Part shown: positions 34,985-42,976 of the stretch, in pieces | Numbering within the stretch: position 1 is the stretch's first letter | Layout: every line of letters begins with the position of its first letter | DNA from: a virus | Taxonomy: Duplodnaviria > Caudoviricetes | Reading direction: 5' to 3' (one strand) | DNA length: 47,175 bases | IMG/VR virus record: IMGVR_UViG_3300038379_000329 | Coordinates: 1 to 47,175 of that record | Made by a program: the position numbers and the translations under genes | The notes under the pieces: generated by a model | The model's input: the letters and a program-made list of their open reading frames with translations, nothing else | Told to the model about the DNA's origin: nothing | The model's database searches: none

Positions 34985-35335
34985 CTGGCGGCTTCGCGCT
35001 GCTCTCGCGGGCCACGTACTCTCCAAGTGCCGCCCCCTGGCTCCACCAGGGGGCGGTACCCTGTACGGCCGCTTCGATGAAGTCGCGACGAGGACACTTT
35101 CCGCCCATTTCTCCCCGCGAGCCGTTGCGGTGCCTGCGCTTGGCCCCGCAAGTCGCTCTCACCTTCCGATCCAGGAGGTGCGCCGGTTCACGAGGGACCC
35201 GCGACCCGGGGCGACCGGCCGGCGCGTCGTAGGCGTCTCCGGTGGCCGCCCCGGGGGCGGGGGAACGTGGCCGAAGCCACCTCGGCGCCGTGCTTCACAC
35301 CCTGTAGACGAGGGCCGATGCGCCCGCTGACGCGA
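34985..35335 (-). ncRNA. Candidate structured RNA or extended terminator region
   Basis: About 350 nt without a convincing ORF; 14-bp stem 35027-35059; GTGGC-TTCG-GCCAC tetraloop hairpin on the minus strand. Confidence 0.3.
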
Positions 35336-35336
35336 G

Positions 35337-35600
35337 CTAGGGCTTCTTCGGCGTAGGTGTCGGTGTCCACGAGGGTTCGGTGCAGAACCGCGCCTGCGCC
35401 CACTGGAGGACACGGCGCCGCGCCACGGGGTCGTCCAGGGCCTCCAGGGCCGCCGCCACGCGCGCGAGGCAGGTCACCTCGGGGTCAGGGCCCACCCCGG
35501 TCGTCCGCGCGAGGTGGCTTATCTCATCCCGCCGGTCCGCTCGGGTGGGCGTCTCGTCGGGGAACATCCTGTCGATGGCTTCCGAAGGCACGTTGCTCAT
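35337..35600 (-). CDS. Hypothetical protein
   Basis: GGAGAG SD; DPEV..LA.V..ALE.LD...RRRVLQWA..RF helical motif. Confidence 0.6.
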   Translation of the reverse strand: MSNVPSEAIDRMFPDETPTRADRRDEISHLARTTGVGPDPEVTCLARVAAALEALDDPVARRRVLQWAQARFCTEPSWTPTPTPKKP

Positions 35601-35703
35601 CGTGACTCTCCGGGCCACCACGCTCGCTCCGAACGGGGCAGGAGTCAAGCATCCCCCTGGCCCGGTCGGTTAGCCTGAGTCGGATCAGTCGAAGGAGAGC
35701 TAC

Positions 35704-38700
35704 GTGAGCGAGCTTCGCACCGTCCTCGTGCCGCTGGATGAAGTCGCCGCCACCCTCCGCGCGAAGGACGCCGTGGCGCACGGCGCGGAGGGGCGCGCGT
35801 TCGAGGCCGTGTTCATGAAGGCGCTCCGCCTGCTCGGGCTCCAGTTCGAGGAGGCCGCGGGTGCGACGAGCGCCGTGTGGGACATCCGCCCGAGCGGCCC
35901 CGGCTGGTCGCCGCTCCTCGCGGACACGAACGTGAACCTCAAGATCAAGGGCACGCGGTGGCTGTTCACGGCCCGCGCGGTGTACGACGCGATGAAGGCC
36001 GGCGCGAAGAACGTGCGCGACGGCACCTGGTCGCCCTCGCGCGCATCGGCCCATGTCGAGAAGGCCGTGCGCGACGCCTTCAAGGCGAAGGGTGTCCTCG
36101 GCACCGCGTTCATGAAGCCGAAGGACGCGGCGACGCAGAAGGCCATCGACGCCGCCGTGCGCAAGAAGGACAAGGCCGCGCTGCGCGCGCTGCTCTCGGG
36201 GAAGAACTTCTCCATCAAGAAGCTCGGGCGCTCCTTCGACGTGAAGGTGGACGTGGACTGGACCGGCTTCGACTGCGAGGCCGACCCCGCGTGCGCGCGC
36301 AGCGCCGACAAGCGCGAGGGCTCGTGGCAGCGCACGGCGAAGATCATCGTAAACGGCGGCGTGCGCGCGGCCCCGTTCAACATCCGCACCGAGGTGAAGT
36401 GGAACCTCGACCCGCGGCGCGCGGCGGCCGACGGCGGGCCGGTCACGTACCCGAACATCATCTTCCGCGACTCGAACCCGGACGAGACGAAGCCGTGGCA
36501 GGCCGCGATCCTCGCGAGCGTCGAGGAGGCGCTCATCGAGGCGAGCGGCAACGAGCCGAGGCTGACCCACTCGATGTTCTCGTGGGGCGCCGTCATGAAC
36601 GGGCTGGACGACGCCGAGGGGGAGATGTCGGACGCCGTACAGACGTTCGGAGACGGGAGGCGGTGGAAGGACACGCCGCCGAAGTGGGCCTCCGCGGTGT
36701 CGGACGCGATCAAGTCCATCAGCGCGCTGGACGACTGGATGAGTTCCATCGCGTGGATCGGCCGCGACATCCAGAAGCTCAACTACTACGCCGACAAGGA
36801 GAACCTCGGCCCCGAGAACGGCTTCGATACGACCGCGGGTGACAAGGCCATCGCTGCACTGGAGCAGGCGCTCGACCTGTGGAAGAAGGTGCGCGACGAG
36901 GTGCGGGCCGGGTTCGTCAAGGCGAAGGACATCTACCTCAAGGACGAGCCCGCCGCCGCGTTCTCGGTCGATGTCACGAAGAACCCCGGCCAGTACAGCG
37001 ACGCCACGAAGGAGGTGGCGACGCTCATGCGCAAGCACGGCGGGGAGTGGTCCGACTTCGCGCGCATCATCAACCCGACATACGACCCGGTGTCCGAGGT
37101 GCTCATCGGCGCCATCATGCCGCTCAAGACGCGCCGCGAGCAGGACACCGCGAAGGGGCGCACCGATTGGGTCCAGGACGCGGTGTATCACTACGCGAGC
37201 GCGCTCCACCCCGATTGGGAGAGCGGCTGGCACGACATCGAGCACAAGGTCCGCGAGCTTGTCGCTTCGCTGGCGTCCGTCGTGTTCGTGTTGCCGCGCC
37301 TCGCGCACGCGATGAAGAAGGCTCCGGCTGACAAGCTCCGTGCGGCGCTCCTGACCGGCAAGGAGGTGCTCCAGAAGGACGTGCCGACGCCGCGCAAGGA
37401 TCGCAACGCGTACGAGGTGTACGACCTCGGCCGCTCGGCGCTCGCGCTCGCCAAGGCGATGAACCTCAAGCCAACGCCGGCGAACCAGCTTGCCCCGAGC
37501 ACGCGCCAGGTGCTCAAGAGCTTGAAGGAACTCGTGGCGGAGATGGAGGACGCCGACGCCGAGTGGAAGAAGTACCGCGAGGCGTCCGGCGCGGCGTCGG
37601 AGGAGACCTCGCGGCAGTACCGCGCTGCGGTGGACGCGGAGTTGAAGGCCACCGGCAAGTACTACTCCGACATCCGAGTGAAGTACCCGAACTACACGCC
37701 GGAGGTGGTGGAGAAGCTCTCCACGCTCCTAAACACGGCGATGCTCAAGATCATGCACCTCTATCCGAAGCTGGGCAATCGGACGGAGGCGCTGCGCGAC
37801 CTTCCCATCACGGCCGACTACGGCTCGCCCATGTACCGACTGCTCACCGCCGTGCAATGGGTCGGGAAGGCGTGCGCGGGTCAGGCGCTTCGGTGGCGCG
37901 ATATGCTGCGCCCGCCGCAGCTTGAGATGAGCATGTTGCTCGGCGCGAACAAGCCCGAGACGCAGGAGATGCTGCACCTCGCGTACGTGAAGGCTAGCAA
38001 CGCGATGGACAACCTCTATCGCGGGGCCACGCACGAGGACACTTCGTGGCCGCGCCTCCTCGACGCGCTCAAGATCGCGACGCAGATCATCCCCCTCCTG
38101 CACACGGCCGGTGCCGAGCGCGCGGAGGCCAACCCGCCCGACTGGCAGACCGACATCGGCAAGGTCGGTCCGTGGGACTTGAAGCTGTTCGTGCCCGGCG
38201 GGGCCCGCGCCACGGAGTACAAGGACAACCCGAACAAGCTGCCGTGGGGCGCGCAGAACTACGGCGACGGGAGCCTGGTCAAGAACATCAAGAAGGTCGC
38301 GGAGTTCGCGCTCAAGGCGTTCCGCCGGGTCGGCGTGAAGGACCGCGCGCTCGCGGGCCCCATCATCGTGAAGTGGCGCGACCCGAGCAGCGAGGAGGAT
38401 CAGGGCTCTCGCGGACAGCGCGCCGGCGGGTGGTACAGCCATAGCGACGGAAGCATCGTCGTCTACTTCGACATGATCGACGTGGACGCGCCGGACGTGG
38501 GGCCGGCTGACGCCACCTGGATCTTCATTCACGAGGTGGCCCATCGCGTGTACTACAAGGGCCTCACGACCAACGCGAGGAACTACTGGCACACGCTCAT
38601 CCAGAAGTTGGGCGACCCCATGAGCGTGACGATGAAGAAGCTCGTGTTCTCCATCGCAGCGGAGGACGGCGGCCGGCTCTTTGACGGACAGCCCCTCGAC

Positions 38701-41700
38701 GCATCGACCACTGAGGTTGGGGTCAACGAATGGGGCGGCATGTTCAAGCCGAAGGCCGTCATCGCTTCGGCCAACGCGAACGACCGGCACTTCGCTGAGA
38801 CCATCTGGTGGTGGTACAAGGACCGCTGGCCGCACGCCAAGCTCGATGCGTGGCTCAACGCGAAGCGGTACACGAAGGAGCTTCCCACCGAGTACGCCAA
38901 CATCACGCCGACCGAGGCGTGGCCCGAGGCGGTGGCGAACACGCTGCTCAAGCGTCCTCGCGCGAAGGAGGGGCGCGACACCACGCCGTTCGTGCGCGCT
39001 GTCATCCACCGGCTGCTCGGGCAGGTGCGCGAGAACGTCGAGGAGGCGACCGCGACGGCGGTGCGCAAGCCGCCGGTGCGGCGCCGCAAGAAGAAGGTGC
39101 CGAAGCCGGCGCTCGACCGCATCCTGAACTCGCAGTCCATCGAGCAGGTCGCGCAGGTCGGGCCGGTGCGCGTGTCCGTCGTCATGCGCGACGAGCCCAT
39201 GCTCACGTACGACCGCTCGATGAAGCCCTCGAAGCAGAACGCCGTGAGGGCGGCGATCCGCGCGGCCGGCGCCGAGGTGGCGTACTCGGACGACATCATC
39301 GGAGATGTCATCGACAAGGTGAAGCGCGCCGTGGCGATCATGCGCAAGGGCGGCATCCCCGACCGCGCGCTGGCGGCCCGCGTGGTGTTCGACTTCACGC
39401 GGCGGATCGACGCGTACGCTGACGCCGACTACACGTACTCGATGGACGTGGTGGTGGCGAAGGTCGGCGTGGACGTGCCGACGATCATCCACGAACTGGC
39501 CCACCGCATCTGGTTCAAGGCGCTGGGCGAGCGCGGGCGCAAGGCGTGGCTCGCGTTCGTGGACTCCATCGGTGAGCCGCTCCCGGAGAAGCTCCAGGCG
39601 GTGGCCTTCGCGCTCGCGCTGCGCGAGGAGTGGGAGATTCTGGAGGAGCAGTCGGAGGACGAGGACGACTTCCGCGAGATGTGGGTCGCTACGATGACGC
39701 GCCTGGAGCACTTCATGAACAACCGCCCGCACCTGTACGCGGGTATGCCCATCGAGGAGTACGAACCGCAGAAGGTCATCGACCGCGCGCCGCAGGCCAT
39801 GTTCAACAAGGCCGGCACGCTCTGGCTCGCGTTCAAGGCGCAGCACAGCACGAGCCCGCGGGAGTTCGGGGAGTGGCTCGAAGCGAAGAAGTACGCCACG
39901 AAGCTCCCGAGCGCGTACGCGAACACCGACGAGGCCGAGGCGTGGGCTGAGGCCGTGATGGACACCCTGTTCGCGAAGTGGAACGGCCTCGACCCCGCGA
40001 CGCACGCGCAGGTCCGCGAGCAGGTCATGAGGCTGCTTCACCACATCCGCGAGGACGTGAACGAGGAGGACGAGGAGCCCGTGACGAAGCTCATGCCCCT
40101 GTCGGCGCTGACCGAAGCTCGGCAGTCGCTCATCGAGTGCCTGCGCAGCGCCGGGCTGGACGAGGCCGCGTTCAGCGAGACGAGCACGGCTGTCACGCTG
40201 CGGGTGCCGTCGAGCATCGCGCGGCAGTTCCCGGACAAGGGCGACACCGACCCCACGCCGGCGCACGTCACCATCCTCGTGGTGGGCGACGCGCCGACGG
40301 AGAAGTGGAAGCGCGTGCAGGAGGTGGTGCGCGACCTCGCCGCGGAGACGCGCCCCTTCCAGGCGTCGCTCGGGGACTACGGCGAGTTCAAGCCGAAGCC
40401 CGACTTCATCGTCTCGCATATGCAGGTGGAGTCGAGCGGGCTGCGCGCGTTCTACCAGCGGCTTCTCGTGGCGCTGCGCGAGGGCGGCGTGAGCTTCGAG
40501 TTGAAGTTCCCGCAGTTCAAGCCGCACGTCACGCTGTCGTACGGCGCCGAGCCGTGGAAGGGCCGCCGGCCGTCCGGCTCGTGGACGGTGGACGAGGTGG
40601 AGGTGTGGAGGGGCACGAAGCAGAAGGTCAAGATCCCGCTCGGCGTGCCGGCGAAGGTCGTGGCCGAGTCGCTGGACGAGGCGGAGGACGCCCGCATCGG
40701 GGCTGGCGCGAGCGCGCTGTACACCAACCCCTCGGGCGAGAAGTTCTGGGGCTCGCAGGGCGCCGGCGTGCTCCCGGTCGCGCGCTCGACGGGCCGCGTG
40801 CTCGTGAGCTACCGCTCGTCGCGCGTGAACGAGCCGCACACCTGGGGCGTGTTCGGCGGGGCCATCGACGCCGGCGAGGACCCCAAGCGCGCGGCCATGC
40901 GCGAGATGCAGGAGGAACTCGGGTGCTGCCGGGACGTGGACCTCATCCCCGGCTTCGTGTTCACGAGCAGCGGCGGCGGGTTCAAGTACTACAACTTCCT
41001 CGGGCTGGTCGATGAGGAGTTCAAGCCGCGCCTCGATTGGGAGACCGAGAAGGCCGTGTGGATGTCCTGGAGCGAACTCGTCGCGCTCCGGCCGAAGCAC
41101 TTCGGCCTCGAAGCGTTCATGAAGAACTCGAAGCCGCTCCTCCAGAGGCACATCACCGAGTCCATGCTGGAGAGCACGATCATCGAGCGCAGCTTCACCG
41201 AGAAGGACATCCCCGAGTACTTCTTCCTGCTCACGCACCCGAAGCGCGTGAAGCTCGCGGACCTGGAGAGCGGGGTGCTCAAGGGCGTGACCGGGATCGC
41301 CGGCGACGGTCGGATCATGGCGAGCATCAACATGGGCGAGGCCGGCTTCGTCATCACCATGCCCGGCGCTGCGACCGTGAAGCTCAACAAGCTCTCGCGG
41401 GTCATGTACGAGAACCCGGAGTACTGGGTTCAGGACGACTTCAAGGCGGCGAAGCGCGTGCTCAACAGTCACGACGCCAAGAGCGCCGGCGGGAAGATCC
41501 TTCGCAACGCGCACGAGAAGGCGCGGAAGCGCGGGCTGTTCCCGGACACGCTCGGCGTTCGTGAAGTCCCGTTCGAGTTCGACTCGTGGGGCGACGCGCC
41601 GGTGCGCAACCTCGCGGCGTGGGCGCGCCGCCTTGCGCAGAACGCGAAGAACGTCGCGGCTGCGCGGCGGAAGGCCGATCCGCAGTACGGCTGGCCGTAC

Positions 41701-42738
41701 GCCGACAAGATGGCCGCGCTCACCGAGAAGGACTGGATGGAGTTCATCAAGCTCGGCACGGCGAAGCTCGCGGACCGCTTCGTCATCGAGGGCGAGTGGC
41801 TCGTGAAGGACGGCCAGCTTCGCCTCCCGCCCGGGACGGACATCCGCGTGATGATCCCGGACCACCCGCGCGAGGCGGCCGAGGTGGAGGAGGTGCTGGC
41901 GAAGATCCCGGCGAAGTACCCGGTGCAGCGGTTCTCGCAGCAGGAGTGGGGCGAGACGTTGAAGGCCATCCGCGACGAGGAGGCCGCGCGCTGGTCGAAG
42001 GTCTACAACGAGGGCGTGACCGAGGCCCAGATGTGCGACATGCCCATCTACGGCGGGCTCCCCTCCTCCGGCGACTTCTCCTCGGCCACCGAGTACGAGA
42101 TTGGCGCCCAGCGTGCCGCGTGGCAGCGGTACCTCCGCGTGTTCAAGGGCAAGCCCGGCCCGGAGCACCTCTCGATGGGTCAGAAGGAGATTCCCGAGGA
42201 GGAGCGCGTCTACCCGTTCGACCACCCGCTGGCCTTCGAGCCGTGGGCGAGCCAGCTTCGCGAGCGGGCCTTCCTCCTCGACCGGCTGCGCTCGCTCGGC
42301 ATCACGAAGAAGTACCGCGTGGTGTTCGTGAAGCGGGCCGACTTCAAGGCGGCGCAGCGGGCGTGGTGGGCGGCGCGCGACCGCGCGAAGCAGGAGGACC
42401 CCACGCCGGCGTACCATCCGCCCGAGGGCGCGGTCGTGGAGAACGCGAGCGCCGACGTGGCGGACGTGTTCGCCGTGCTCAAGCACGCCTTCGATGACGG
42501 CGTGTGGGACGGGCTCCCGTGGGACGACCTGCGCAAGCGCACGCGGCTCCCGAAGGACCGGCTGCGCGGGGCGCTCGACACGCTCGTGAGCCGTGGGAAG
42601 GCGGTCCGCAACAAGGGGCCCGACGGCGTGGTGCGCGCCCGCGTGCGCCCCGGCGCGAGCGAGGAGGAGGGGCCCAGGGCCACGCTCGCGGACGCGGCCC
42701 CTCGGGTGGTCACGGTCCCCCTGGCGAGCCTCACGTAG
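35704..42738 (+). CDS. 2344-aa polyvalent protein: PD-(D/E)xK-like, two zincin metallopeptidases, 2H phosphoesterase, NUDIX hydrolase, winged HTH
   Basis: HEVAH (38530) and HELAH (39490), each followed by YAN...EAW.EA; HVT (40264) and HVT (40525); GGAIDAGEDPKRAAMREMQEELG NUDIX box; AAGGAG SD. Confidence 0.85.
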   Translation: MSELRTVLVPLDEVAATLRAKDAVAHGAEGRAFEAVFMKALRLLGLQFEEAAGATSAVWDIRPSGPGWSPLLADTNVNLKIKGTRWLFTARAVYDAMKAGAKNVRDGTWSPSRASAHVEKAVRDAFKAKGVLGTAFMKPKDAATQKAIDAAVRKKDKAALRALLSGKNFSIKKLGRSFDVKVDVDWTGFDCEADPACARSADKREGSWQRTAKIIVNGGVRAAPFNIRTEVKWNLDPRRAAADGGPVTYPNIIFRDSNPDETKPWQAAILASVEEALIEASGNEPRLTHSMFSWGAVMNGLDDAEGEMSDAVQTFGDGRRWKDTPPKWASAVSDAIKSISALDDWMSSIAWIGRDIQKLNYYADKENLGPENGFDTTAGDKAIAALEQALDLWKKVRDEVRAGFVKAKDIYLKDEPAAAFSVDVTKNPGQYSDATKEVATLMRKHGGEWSDFARIINPTYDPVSEVLIGAIMPLKTRREQDTAKGRTDWVQDAVYHYASALHPDWESGWHDIEHKVRELVASLASVVFVLPRLAHAMKKAPADKLRAALLTGKEVLQKDVPTPRKDRNAYEVYDLGRSALALAKAMNLKPTPANQLAPSTRQVLKSLKELVAEMEDADAEWKKYREASGAASEETSRQYRAAVDAELKATGKYYSDIRVKYPNYTPEVVEKLSTLLNTAMLKIMHLYPKLGNRTEALRDLPITADYGSPMYRLLTAVQWVGKACAGQALRWRDMLRPPQLEMSMLLGANKPETQEMLHLAYVKASNAMDNLYRGATHEDTSWPRLLDALKIATQIIPLLHTAGAERAEANPPDWQTDIGKVGPWDLKLFVPGGARATEYKDNPNKLPWGAQNYGDGSLVKNIKKVAEFALKAFRRVGVKDRALAGPIIVKWRDPSSEEDQGSRGQRAGGWYSHSDGSIVVYFDMIDVDAPDVGPADATWIFIHEVAHRVYYKGLTTNARNYWHTLIQKLGDPMSVTMKKLVFSIAAEDGGRLFDGQPLDASTTEVGVNEWGGMFKPKAVIASANANDRHFAETIWWWYKDRWPHAKLDAWLNAKRYTKELPTEYANITPTEAWPEAVANTLLKRPRAKEGRDTTPFVRAVIHRLLGQVRENVEEATATAVRKPPVRRRKKKVPKPALDRILNSQSIEQVAQVGPVRVSVVMRDEPMLTYDRSMKPSKQNAVRAAIRAAGAEVAYSDDIIGDVIDKVKRAVAIMRKGGIPDRALAARVVFDFTRRIDAYADADYTYSMDVVVAKVGVDVPTIIHELAHRIWFKALGERGRKAWLAFVDSIGEPLPEKLQAVAFALALREEWEILEEQSEDEDDFREMWVATMTRLEHFMNNRPHLYAGMPIEEYEPQKVIDRAPQAMFNKAGTLWLAFKAQHSTSPREFGEWLEAKKYATKLPSAYANTDEAEAWAEAVMDTLFAKWNGLDPATHAQVREQVMRLLHHIREDVNEEDEEPVTKLMPLSALTEARQSLIECLRSAGLDEAAFSETSTAVTLRVPSSIARQFPDKGDTDPTPAHVTILVVGDAPTEKWKRVQEVVRDLAAETRPFQASLGDYGEFKPKPDFIVSHMQVESSGLRAFYQRLLVALREGGVSFELKFPQFKPHVTLSYGAEPWKGRRPSGSWTVDEVEVWRGTKQKVKIPLGVPAKVVAESLDEAEDARIGAGASALYTNPSGEKFWGSQGAGVLPVARSTGRVLVSYRSSRVNEPHTWGVFGGAIDAGEDPKRAAMREMQEELGCCRDVDLIPGFVFTSSGGGFKYYNFLGLVDEEFKPRLDWETEKAVWMSWSELVALRPKHFGLEAFMKNSKPLLQRHITESMLESTIIERSFTEKDIPEYFFLLTHPKRVKLADLESGVLKGVTGIAGDGRIMASINMGEAGFVITMPGAATVKLNKLSRVMYENPEYWVQDDFKAAKRVLNSHDAKSAGGKILRNAHEKARKRGLFPDTLGVREVPFEFDSWGDAPVRNLAAWARRLAQNAKNVAAARRKADPQYGWPYADKMAALTEKDWMEFIKLGTAKLADRFVIEGEWLVKDGQLRLPPGTDIRVMIPDHPREAAEVEEVLAKIPAKYPVQRFSQQEWGETLKAIRDEEAARWSKVYNEGVTEAQMCDMPIYGGLPSSGDFSSATEYEIGAQRAAWQRYLRVFKGKPGPEHLSMGQKEIPEEERVYPFDHPLAFEPWASQLRERAFLLDRLRSLGITKKYRVVFVKRADFKAAQRAWWAARDRAKQEDPTPAYHPPEGAVVENASADVADVFAVLKHAFDDGVWDGLPWDDLRKRTRLPKDRLRGALDTLVSRGKAVRNKGPDGVVRARVRPGASEEEGPRATLADAAPRVVTVPLASLT

Positions 42739-42976
42739 CCGCCAGGTACCTGGTGAGAAGGACCCCTCCCACCACCTCGCCCTCTCCCAAGAAGGGGCTC
42801 GTCCCGGGACCCCATGCTACCACTTTGCGCGTACATCAAGCTCGTGAGAGCTAAGTACGAAGAACTATTCTGTTTAGAGTACGTACCTGCCCACGATGAC
42901 AGGGGGGAGGGCGTGAGGTAGGTGCGCGTGTCCTGGCGATGTGATACCACTTTGCAGTCTGGCTCAGGAGGTGGTC

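Noticed and set aside
35060-35200. RNase P RNA resemblance on the minus strand (GGAAAGTG, GGTGAGAG..TGCGG)
   Set aside because: The order of elements is wrong and the conserved GAGGAAAGUCC and 3' ACAGAA..CGGCUUA motifs are missing
37729-42486. 1585-aa minus-strand ORF and similar long antisense ORFs (9757-12438, 27537-29846, 28318-30426, 30954-32891, 35524-37308)
   Set aside because: Shadow frames of real genes in high-GC DNA; rich in R/A/G/H/V with no motifs or SD, while the opposite strand has clear domains
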